A program made the translations under genes and the position numbers. The notes beneath the pieces were generated by a model. It ran no database searches and was not told the DNA's origin. It worked only from the letters and a program-made list of their open reading frames with translations. DNA of 64,000 nt from Pseudogymnoascus verrucosus (Eukaryota): the NCBI GenBank assembly GCA_001662655.1, contig KV460218.1; one strand, given 5' to 3'. Shown one piece after another: positions 1 through 10,696 of the stretch. The first letter of the stretch is position 1, and every line of letters starts with the position of its first letter.

Positions 1-333
1 TAATAGACAGGTTATAAAAGGATATCAGGATGTTATTGTGATTGTGGTGCACAGTGGGTGAATAAACACAGAATGTGTACAAGTATATGGCTATAATATT
101 CAACTAAGATCTAGCTAACTAAGTAATCAAAACGCCAGATCCCTGTTACCGAGCGCCAATTCTAGAAACGACTGTCCTCTATCAAATGTTGCCTCGGCCT
201 TCGCTAATGATATAAGAGAAAGAAATATGGTCCAGTGTTGATACAATGCTCCTTCTTCACAGACTCCCACCTTCTTCAAAGGCTCCTCTCTCGCCAAAGG
301 CTCTCTCCCCCTTCAAAGGCTCTCTCTCCTTCT

Positions 334-1260
334 TCAAAGGATATCCCACGCTTCGGTCCTCTGATTCTGTCGACTGCCAGACTGAGAGACGATCTGCAAG
401 AGGCTCAGCGCGTTGTGCAGCTGATCCACCCTTCCTTCCAGGTCTCTCAAGGCCTTTACTAACTCGTCGACATCCAAGCTCTTCCTCTCCTTCGGCGTCG
501 GCATCGGCATCGGTGCACCCGGTCGCTTGCAGTGACAAGGGTCAAGGAAAGGGTCGCCCTCCACAACATTCAGGCCGCCCCATCCTGGGAATCGGTTTCC
601 AACCTCAGGAAAGCTGTCTCCTGGCATCTCATAGATCGGGAACGGCGACGGGGTGCGTGGTGGAGTGCGCGGCAACGTGAATTGCGGCGAAGAGAACGGG
701 GACGGACCAAACTCCAGCAAACTGAACTGTGGCGAGCCGAACTGTTCCTCCTCCCTGTCATCAATCCACCCTGACTCGGCGCGTCTCACGAACCGATACA
801 ACTTCTCCCTCGACTCCTTGCGCAGCATATACTGCACGCCATCATCCCTCATCCACTGCTGCAAGATATCAAGCGGCACCTCGCGACACTTGTCCAAGCG
901 CACCCAGCTGGTCTTTGGAAGCTGCGTCACGCATCCTGGGGTATTGACGAGGTTGAGCTTGGGGCCAGTCTGCTTCTTCATCCAGTTCGGCGTCGCGATC
1001 TGGAGGTAGTTTCGCGGGTCGACGGAATCGTCCCGGGTCGAGGTCAGGGAGACCACTTCGGCGCGGTCGTGGCCTAGTTTGCGCACCACGAAGACGGGGT
1101 GCAGGAAGAAGGAGTCGCAGAAGCCGAGCTCGCTGCGTGCGGCGGCGGGCCAGTCGATGCGAGCCTTGAAGCGGAAGGCTTTGCCTTCAATGGACTTGTG
1201 GCCCTTCATATTGAGTGGTGGTGGGGTAGTTGGGGTAGAGAGAATGTATGGCAGAGACAT
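334..1260 (-). CDS. Hypothetical protein with putative PemK/MazF-like domain (paralog A)
   Basis: The ORF track start at 1368 is TTG; in-frame ATGs lie at 1260 (MSLPY) and 1209 (MKGHK). The motifs HPVFVV..VVSLTS..VDPRNY..LPKTSWVRLDK..VP align with ORF 4012-5205. An S/P-rich linker and a coiled-coil-like tail follow. Confidence 0.65.
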   Translation of the reverse strand: MSLPYILSTPTTPPPLNMKGHKSIEGKAFRFKARIDWPAAARSELGFCDSFFLHPVFVVRKLGHDRAEVVSLTSTRDDSVDPRNYLQIATPNWMKKQTGPKLNLVNTPGCVTQLPKTSWVRLDKCREVPLDILQQWMRDDGVQYMLRKESREKLYRFVRRAESGWIDDREEEQFGSPQFSLLEFGPSPFSSPQFTLPRTPPRTPSPFPIYEMPGDSFPEVGNRFPGWGGLNVVEGDPFLDPCHCKRPGAPMPMPTPKERKSLDVDELVKALRDLEGRVDQLHNALSLLQIVSQSGSRQNQRTEAWDIL

Positions 1261-2328
1261 GACGATGATGGGTGTGTGTAGGTGGTTTGTGAGTGGTTTG
1301 TGAGTGGTTTGTGGGGGTGATGTTGGCCGAATGCGGAGGCTTGCAGCGTTGCCTTGGGGAGATGCCAATAGAAGATGCAGTTGAGTGTTACAGAAGAATG
1401 ATCCTAATCATGCAGATGCAGGTCGTGATATATATACATGTGTGTGCATGACACCACCTCCAACAGATAAGGGTTGAAATGAAACCTCCAACGGACGGAG
1501 GCTGTGGATTGAATCTGCCCATCGTAGGCGCTCACCTTCGAAGTCTGGCAAAGACCGAAGACAGACCAACATCATGGCAAGCGCTCTTTTGAAGCGCCAA
1601 CTTACACTGAATATCAGAATATCGCCGCGTCATCTTGGAGGGCGTCAACCCACGGGGTCGATGTGAAGGGACAATAGGACGGGTTTCCCATTCCATGTAT
1701 CCCTCAGAACTGCCTCACACGGCCAACAATGGTCCCCATCCCCTGATAAGGGTCGCAAAAGGTTGCGACCTTGACAGATCTCATGATCGTTTTTCCCTTC
1801 TTTCATATGTTGGTTTTGAAGATGTTGGGCGGCTATGGTGTTGGTGGTGGGCAGGCGCAGCGCTTAGCTCGGAACCGTTGGCCGCCGGCCAAACCCCTCA
1901 TGAGTGAATTTCCATGTCGATGCCAACATCCAACAGACATGGCGCGATTAAAGAATCAAAGGGGCACTCTACTATGTTGCTCAAAGTCCGATAGAAACCG
2001 ATACTGCATTTAGAGTTGCTAAGACTTCACATGTTAATTTCATCTCTGAGCAACCAACCGTGATAATTACAGCACCAAGTGCTCAAAAGCCTTGGTTTAT
2101 TCATAGTTGCTGTGAAAACTTAGAGTGACAATAAGTTATATCAGCTATTCGCAAACTTCGAGATACTATTGTCACTACTTCCTCCGTTGTGTTCAAATCC
2201 CCCCCCCCTCACCCCCACGAACTGACAGAAAATATGATACCTGTCTCATACAACAACGCCCCCCGACTCTAGCTCCCGCCATCTCGCGCGCGCTTCGTCG
2301 ATCAAACCGCTCATCCTCCCCCAATATT

Positions 2329-3522
2329 CTACTTGCTCGTGTCAACTACTATCCTCCCCGCTACCTTCCCCGCGCGTAATCTCTCGAATATCTCCTGCAA
2401 CTGACTGAGTCCCATCACCTCAAGCGGGGCACTAATCAACCCCCGCGCAAAGAACTGGATCGCCTCCGCCGTGTCGCGCCTGTTCCCAACATAGCTCCCT
2501 TTAATCGTGATCATCTTGACGACCGTTTCAAACACAGGCGCCCGAAGGATCGCATCCGCGGGCATTCCTATCGCGACAATCGTCCCACGTGGTCGTATAT
2601 ACTCGCTGGCTTGCTGGAACGGCTTCTCGAACGGCGCAATCAGTAACACGGCGTTGGGGCCTGCGCGCTCGTCGGTTTCTGCTTTGACATCCGCTACGAT
2701 ATCTTTTGTGGTCTTGAAATTGATATAAGACTTTGCGCCGAGTTTCTTGCATAGTTCTCCCTTTTCGGAGCCACCGTCAATCGCCAGCACCTCGAGGCCC
2801 ATCGCTTTCGCATATTGAATTGCAAGCGTTCCGAGCCCACCTCCTGCTCCGACAATGGCAACGGTCTGTCCAGGACGGGCATTCGATTCTTTCAGTGCCT
2901 TATAAACCGTGATCCCAGCACAGAGAATGGGTGCCACAGACGCCAAGTCAACATCTGGTGGGATATGTGCGACATGTGCGGCCTTCGCAATACAGTACTG
3001 TTGAAAGGTGCCATCAACCGTGTACCCTGACAGAATCGCCTTTGGGCACAACGGCTCATCTGAAGCCTGGCAGAAGGAACAAGAGAGACAGGAACCGTTC
3101 AGCCATTTTACACCGACATGGTCTCCGATTTTGACATCGCTGATGAGTTCTCCACGCTCGACTACGACGCCCGCACCTTCATGACCTCCGATTAGGGGCC
3201 ATTTGGTTTTGAGAGGCCAGTCTCCGGCCAGAACATGTAGGTCGCTATTCTGTCAGTGCTTTAATATGCAATATGAGTAAAAGAGACGCACGTATGGCAA
3301 ACCCCGGAGAATTTTATATTAACTAGGACTTCATCTGGGCCGGGAATAGGGACAGGGACCTTTTTGTATTCGAACTCTGGGACAGTTTAGTGACTGCCTT
3401 TCATTGACATGAGATGAGGAAAGATCATGTCGAGAAACAGGAAGAGATAACAAGAGGTAGTGCCTACCGTCACCGGGCCCTTGGGCAACTTGTGCCCATT
3501 GAGTATCTGGTAAATTGTCCAT
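2329..3522 (-). CDS. ADH1: Zinc-dependent alcohol dehydrogenase (ADH1-like), 3 exons
   Basis: Spliced reading [12 protein letters not shown]..|[34 protein letters not shown]. Structural Zn cysteines, GAGGGLG NAD-binding motif and C-terminal GRIVVD are present. Introns lie near 3467-3378 and 3291-3246. Confidence 0.93.
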
Positions 3523-4011
3523 AGTCTGTGATTCCCCGTGACCAACGTAGTCGACTTGGTAACTGCAAATGCAAGGCTGGCCTGTAGCTAGAAATTATAA
3601 TACGGGATTATTTCAGGCATTTAGGGAAACAAAGTCATGGTCCCGAATGACAGCATACTGAATGCGAGAACAGGTGACTTTCAGGTCCCATTACGTAGGT
3701 GGTGTCGCGACAAGGCTATAACTTTCTCCTAAGCACCAATGATGGAAATATCCGTCTTAAATCACTCTCTTGCCCAATTGTATGTAAAATCTCAGAGCGA
3801 ATTAAATAGAGTATGTTAGGGGACTAGGGGTTATCAAAACCCTGGGACCGCTGCCATTGTAAGGGTCTCTTGGCAACTCGCCGTCATCGTGACCTCAACC
3901 AGGCCATGACCCCCAAATATAATGGACAGAAATCCTGTACTAGATGCATGGCCTCAATCTTCGTTTTATTCATTTAAATTACCAAATCCTGTGCCAAAAA
4001 AAGTGCCATAA

Positions 4012-5205
4012 ATGAGTCCGGAATCAAGCTCTAGCTCTGGTACCAATGTAGGTCGAGCAGCGTCTCCAGCAACCTTGGAGATAGAATCTGCCAGGAACTG
4101 TGTTGGGCGGGTGTATAATTTTAAGCCGTATAAAAAATGGAGCTTGGATACGCACCATGAAGTTGACAGAGAATGGCTGTATCAACATCACCCAGTGGTC
4201 GTCATACACCGGCAGTCAGATGGGCATGTTCATATTGTCACCATCACCTCGTCTATCGACAAAACCGTTGACCCCCGAATGTACATACCAGTCTCTGGGA
4301 ATCATTGGGATACTACCGATAATCGAGCAAAGGTAAATCTAGTCGGCACAGAGACGGATGCATCTGAGATGCCGAAACCTCGGAGCTATGTGAGGCTGGA
4401 TTCTAGGAAACAAGTCCCATTTGACGTTCTACAGGAGTTCCACAGTCACAGTGGGGAACATTACCAGCTATCATTGGAATCCACTATAATGCTGTGGGAT
4501 TCTGTCATGGACGCAGAGAGGGGATTCACATCGGGACAGGGGTTGGAGTATCAAAATGCTGAAAAGAGAGCGGCATTAGCTGTGTCTGACTATGTTAATA
4601 AATGGGCAAGCGTGAAACAGGGCGAGAAACAAATCCGTGTGCTACGGGTGCTCCAAGAAAAGGTTAGAACGCTTGCGGGGGTGGTTGACGAGTGCCTTGA
4701 TCAGTACTGGCTGCAGCCGCAGCAAGAACTAGAACGAAGTCTCTCCGAGAAAGAACGAGCTCTTCAAGATGCGGTGCGCGAGCAGGGTTTTCGCATCAAA
4801 AACCGAGCAGACCATATCCCGGTCGCAATTGCAGTAGAAGCCGAGGCAGCCAGACGCGTGGAAACCGAGTTTATGATTAACCAAAACAACAAGGCCGGAA
4901 AACGCACTCCGGCGCAGAATAAATTGCTTAAGGAACTTAAGAAGGTAGTTAAAAATGTAATCAGAGGGGAGCTTCAGAGACAGGGGTGGGATGAAGGTAT
5001 GGGTAGCAACGGAAGTACCACAGAAGAAAAGAGAGCTGCAAAGCTTGCTAAAAAGGAGCGTAAAGCACTGAAAGCGAGGAACATGGCCATGGCGCCTGAC
5101 ATCCCTCTGGACTGGGAGGCAGTAGAATCCACTCTAACAGAGGCCGGTTACGCTGATGAGGATCTGGCGTTTTTGGAATGTGTAAGGCTTTGTCAGGCAG
5201 GATAG
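4012..5205 (+). CDS. Hypothetical protein with putative PemK/MazF-like domain (paralog B) and a helical/coiled-coil C-terminus
   Basis: Intact 397-aa ATG ORF. HPVVVI..IVTITS..VDPRMY..MPKPRSYVRLDS..VP is collinear with the ORF at 334-1260. Confidence 0.75.
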   Translation: MSPESSSSSGTNVGRAASPATLEIESARNCVGRVYNFKPYKKWSLDTHHEVDREWLYQHHPVVVIHRQSDGHVHIVTITSSIDKTVDPRMYIPVSGNHWDTTDNRAKVNLVGTETDASEMPKPRSYVRLDSRKQVPFDVLQEFHSHSGEHYQLSLESTIMLWDSVMDAERGFTSGQGLEYQNAEKRAALAVSDYVNKWASVKQGEKQIRVLRVLQEKVRTLAGVVDECLDQYWLQPQQELERSLSEKERALQDAVREQGFRIKNRADHIPVAIAVEAEAARRVETEFMINQNNKAGKRTPAQNKLLKELKKVVKNVIRGELQRQGWDEGMGSNGSTTEEKRAAKLAKKERKALKARNMAMAPDIPLDWEAVESTLTEAGYADEDLAFLECVRLCQAG

Positions 5206-5319
5206 TCACCAGCCGTAGCATGTAAGTCAATATAAACTGTCAATGGCGCTTGAAACTACAGTATCTATAGCTTTTTCTCCCCCCCTATCTCACCCAGTAC
5301 CTCCCGCACTCGTCTCACT

Positions 5320-6878
5320 CTATGAGCCACCTGGACCTCCCAACAGAGCAAATCTCCGCACAATGGAGGGGCCTATCTCATCATACTCCGCCTATAAAAT
5401 GTTAGTGCTGCATCTAAAAGATATTTATAGTACTCGATGGCACATACCTTGGTGTGGCAGTAACTCCTGAACTCGGGCGTCTGTCCCAACAAACTTCCAC
5501 CAAACCATGGGCCGTGTCTCTGGCGCTTGTGCGTAATAACCTGTACCTCCAGGCCGCCAGATTTTGCGCCTCCGCTCTTCGCTTCCGAGGCGCGGATGCG
5601 TGCGTCGACGAGGTGCTTGATATCGCGCTGTAACCTGCGGCCGAAATCTTTGTAGAGAGTGGATCCACCAGACAGGACAATGTTCTTGTAGAGACCACGA
5701 CGCACATCGATGGGCGAGGTTTGGATAACGGTGTCGACCACTTGTGGGAGGGGGGTCAGGAAGTCGGAGGAGTAGATCTCGGGGTTGAAGAAGATCTCGG
5801 GGGCCAGGAAACGCTCGTAGCCAACATCGACCGAGACCTTCCTTCCGCCGGGCTGGGTGACAAGGTGCTTCACGAAACGTGTGGGGTCCTTGTCGAACCT
5901 GCTGAACTCCTTGACAATATCGGGGCAAACGTAACAGTATTCTTCCTTGATCTCTCCGGCAGTCTTCAAGCTCGAGTCGGCCTCGCCGCGGTCTCTCAGC
6001 AGGGATTGCACGAAGTAGGTAATATCACGACCGGCGATTGGGATGGACTTGATAGAGGAACCAATAACGTATCCCTCGGCAACGGGGATGACGTGGGTAA
6101 CACCATCACCAGAGTCGATAACCGTTCCGGTAAGAGACCGGTCGGATACCTTGGAGGAGGTCCACGAGGCAGCGAGGGCGAGCACTGCCTGGACAGCGAT
6201 GTATAGACCGGCGCAGTTGAACGATTCGAACATGATCTCGGCGGTGTTCTCGCGGTTCTCAGGTGGGTTTAGCGGGGGCTCGGTGAGCAGGAAGTGATGG
6301 TCTTCTGGCTCAACGCGCAGGTATTTGAATATCGAGTTCGACCAGAAGCGCTCCATGTGATCCCAGTTCTCAACTTGACCGTGGCGAATGGGATAGTGAA
6401 TTCCATATCCTGCGCTAAAGTTAGTCTCACTCCCCTCCAACGACTAAACTACAACGTACCTGGTCCATTCGCGGCTGCCAAGGCTTCGTCACCGATGAAG
6501 AAGTCCAGGTCCTCTGTCCCTCTCTTCATAGATAGGTTTCCACCACCTGACCCAGTTCCACCAGTGAGAAACGATGGCTTCGCTCCGACACCTGGGCGGC
6601 CAGATCCAGTGCCTCCGGCTCCTGGTGCCCCGCCCTTGGTCGCGATGGCGGTAGGGAATACGAAGGACGGCGAGTCATTTCCAGCGAACCCTAGAGAGAT
6701 ATGGTCAGTTGCGTCCCAATTCCGGGCTTTCATTCCCTCTCACCGAGCTTCGAGAAACCTGTGCCGCTGTATAAAATGTCAGTATGTCTTACAATGCCAC
6801 AGGCAGCGGTCCATTGGGGGAGGAGTGGGGTAAAAGTGCTTACTTGTCCATGACAACGGCGGGGGTATGGTTCGCCAT
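5320..6878 (-). CDS. ARP3: Actin-related protein 3 (Arp2/3 complex), multi-exon
   Basis: [12 protein letters not shown] start, [55 protein letters not shown]; last exon [23 protein letters not shown]. Confidence 0.96.
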
Positions 6879-7106
6879 CTTGGGGGTTGGGGGGGGGGTC
6901 TTCAGGCGCTCAATATACCAACAGCTTCAATGAGAATGGATGAAGCTGTTGTAGAGATATATAGCAGCGGCGTCAGCGTCGCAAGGAAGTTGTTACCTTC
7001 GAGGTTTGGATGACGACGGAAGCTGGTGGGCGACGCAGCCTATCGGAAGCCGCCCCACCATGGATTTAGCGTGAGGCTGGAGAAGTTGGAGGCTGGTGGC
7101 TGCGTA

Positions 7107-7114
7107 TCACGTGA
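7107..7114. promoter_or_regulatory. TCACGTGA bHLH (Cbf1-type) E-box in the ARP3/taspase divergent promoter
   Basis: Perfect palindrome in an intergenic region; the same 8-mer occurs at 37864, 55553 and 62295. Confidence 0.45.
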
Positions 7115-8247
7115 CCGTGGATTGTTATATCTGAAAGTTATGAGGAGCGACTGACAGTTCGCTGCCGCATCTCACAGTTTACAAAATAAGAAAGAGCTGC
7201 CCAGTGTCAATAATCTGTCAATAACTGGACAATATACTTGCACGCCATGGCAGCTGCGAGTAAGTGATGAGGAGATAAGGTAGATAAGTCTCTCCAAGCA
7301 GCTTCTGTCCTCCATTGAAGCCGAGCAAGGGATCTTCTCATCACCCTACTCGGCCTCCTCCTCTTTGGCCTCATCTCCATCAAATATCTCATCTCTACCG
7401 AAATCATTCATTCCCAATCATTCTTTATCCCTTTTTTGTCACTGTCATTATAAGTTTCCTGAAATCCCGTGCTGTTGTGTCAAGCCGCCTGGCCTCCCCA
7501 TTCATAAAAAGACTCTGTATAACGGATCTTTTGTCCATATACGTGCTGCTCGTTTGCATAGCAGTTGTTTCTCCGATTCAACCTAGAATTCTTGATTTTG
7601 GGTCTTTCTGTGCGGATTCCATGAGACGGTCAACAGACGTGTCTGTTGTACAAAGAGCTCCGGTTTGTTGCCAGTATCTCAACGTTCTTGGGCGTCCCCG
7701 TTAAGCACTTGGAGGCTGATACTGCAATATTTCCCAGGTCGTCTCTTTGTTTTGATCTTCATAGTGTTTCCCATCCTTCAATCTCGACCTTTCACACATA
7801 ACCAACCGCTTGCACACCAGTCTCAGTGACGAGTTCACACATCGCCGGTGAGCTAAACGCCAGGCAACTCACCGGACAAGAATTCCTCAGCCTTCATGTT
7901 GATTTCGCCTGTTACCTCGCAAATTCGCCTACTTCACAGCCGAACGCACCAAGAAATCATCCACATTTCTCGTATAATTGTTCCTGCAACCTTTGTTGAC
8001 CTCACAGTTGGTCCACTCTATGCAAAAACCAGAGACAGCTTCCAGACGCCACATCCTCTCTAGAAGGCTTGACCACGCTCGAACCCACTTTAGAATCATC
8101 CGAAGTCGAGTCCATGACCACGTAAGGAACACAAATACAAGCCTAACCCAGATTATTTCGAGGCCATTTCCAGGGTACAAAGAACAACGCGTTCTGGGTT
8201 ATATCCGACTCCAGGCGTCACCCCCTAGGCCAGTACTTGGCGCCGCA

Positions 8248-10129
8248 ATGGATGGCGCTGGGGAAAAACGGCCGGGGTTAAATCGACAGAGTCATGCTCC
8301 GGTGGCGGCCATATTCGTCCATGCTGGTGCTGGATATCACAGCACCACGAATGAGAAAATACATCTCGCTGCATGTGCAGAGTGAGTTTACCTATGCCGC
8401 TAACATTCCCTTCCTTCTGAGAAACAACATCCGTCAGGGAGATGTCACACACAGATTGTGCTAACAATGTTTTAGCGCATGCATAGTTGCGATGAGATTT
8501 CTTCGTGGAGGTGCCACTGCGGTCGATGCAGTCGAAGCAGCAATCAAAGTCCTTGAAGACAAAGAAATCACCAATGCTGGATACGGAAGTAACCTCACAA
8601 TCGAGGGCGTTGTCGAGTGCGATGCAACAGTTGTTGACCATCTGGGTCGGAGTGGAGCTTGTGGCGCCGTTGCGAGTAGGTTCAGAACACCAAGTGAACT
8701 TGTGGCCATGCTGACATTTGTACAAGAAATTAAAAATCCGATCCACCTCGCCCGAATTATTCTAGAAGAGTCCAACCGCCCATTGTCGCTCAGAAGAGTA
8801 CCACCAAACCTGTTGATAGCCGATGGTGCAACAGAGTTTGGGTTTGAGCATGGGATGGACATAGTTCACCACGATGCACTCGTGTCTACTAACGCCAGAG
8901 AAAGATTTATCCGCTGGCGAGAGGACCTGAGGAAAGCTGGGTTTCCCCGCACTCCCAACAGCCCAGGTAGCCCAGGTAGCCCAGGTAGCCCAGGCGAGGA
9001 AGTGGTTGATCATGAATACGAAGAAAGAGTTCGTGATAAGCAAAGAAGAGATCACTTCAACGCACTCATGAGTGCTACATGGAACGAAGGCCAACCAGGT
9101 ACTCCTCAGGCAGCATCGCCGTCGACTTTTGCAGAGGACAAGATGCAGGATGTTTCCCAATCTGAGCATGATATGCTCCCAACCAGGATTCCAGCCTCGA
9201 CCAACCAGAAAACACCAAGGACTCCAGACAAAAAAAATCAATATGAGTCAAACACGCAATCCCGTATTCCCGTCAGTCCATCCATGCACTCGGCCAAGCG
9301 CCCCAGGTACAGCGGTAGCCGTTCCAGTAAAGGACATGGAACATGTACTCCCTCTTTGCTTAAACCAAACACAAATGTGGATGCGGCTGAAGAACCATCT
9401 AAAAGTGTTTCTGATGCACCATCCGGTCTGGCACGCCCTCCTACCGGCAAGCAACGCAAAGGCACCGATGGCTCTGATGAAACACAAGAGCCCGCTACGC
9501 TGCCAGAGCCCGAAGACGAGACTCCCAAGCCCTTCCCTGCTTTCATGCTCTCCGACATTGACGAAGACCGCATCACCGACACCGTCGGCGCCATCGCCAT
9601 TGACATCTTCGGCAACATCGCCGCCGGCTCATCCTCCGGCGGCATCGGCATGAAGCACCGCGGTCGCGTCGGACCAGCCGCCCTCGTCGGCGTCGGCACA
9701 GCCGTCATCCCCGCCGACTTCGAGGACTCGGAAAACGTCACCGTCGCCGCCGTCACCAGCGGCACCGGCGAGCACATGGCCACCACGATGGCCTCCCAGA
9801 AATGCGCCGAGCGCCTCTACTTCTGCACCAAGCGCGGCCGCGGCGGCACTAACACCGAGACCAACGAAGAGGACGCCATGGAGTCCTTCGTCCTCAACGA
9901 CTTCATGGAGCACCCTGGTGTCAAGAACAGTCACTCTGCGGGAGCGATCGGCGTCATGGCTGTCAAGAAGATGCCGGAGGGGTATTTTTTGCATTTCGCG
10001 CATAATACGGATTCGTTTGCGCTGGCGAGCATGCATTCGGGGGAGAGGGAGCCGAAGTGCGTTATGAGTCGGATTGGGGATACGGGGGTTGTGGTGCAGG
10101 GGGGGAGGAAGATTAAGGTTGATGGGTAG
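8248..10129 (+). CDS. TASP1: Threonine aspartase 1 (taspase1; asparaginase-2 Ntn hydrolase)
   Basis: IFVHAGAGYHS, TNAGYGSNLT..GVVECDA, autocleavage/nucleophile D|TVGAI, AGSSSGGI..GRVGPAA, TSGTGEH. Introns at about 8382-8475 and 8676-8726. The start could be further upstream (8020 or 7247). Confidence 0.88.
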
Positions 10130-10696
10130 TTTGCCGTTAAATGGTAGGGGGTGGTGGGGGGTATGGGTGAGGATGGGTGTGTGGACAGTAATGAATGGGA
10201 GGGGGGGGGGAAGGGGGACATCTGCTAGTGGGATGTCCGGTTGGTTGAGCAAGGTGGGGAAGCATCAGATTGCCTCGCTCACTGTCCGTAGTGGTCTTTT
10301 CGTCCCTAGTTTTCCAAGCGAGTAGACTCGGAGTTAGTGAGTGGAATGGAAACTTTACATGATACTTTCTCTCGTGTGGTTGTGATGGTCAGAACTTTTA
10401 AGGGTGGGGCATGACAAAGAATTATGAAGGGACAGGTATTGTAGACTTATTCAACTGGCTTGTACTGCCAGGAATGTCATAAAAATGTATTTCAGGAACT
10501 GTAGGATCTACTGTCTACTACCAGCCACCCCCCCCCCAAAATAGGATCTATCCCAACTATACCAGTAGTAACGCAATGCAATGCATCATCCAAGCCAAGA
10601 TATACCATGGCCACGCATCATCTTCCTCTACCACTTCTATCACTTCTATCGAGAAGCTAAGTCGGTAATGCAATCCAACCTACTCCACTGCAACAT

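Noticed and set aside
8960..8995. CCCAGGTAG tandem repeat (SPG x4) in taspase
   Set aside because: Ordinary coding slippage in a disordered insert.
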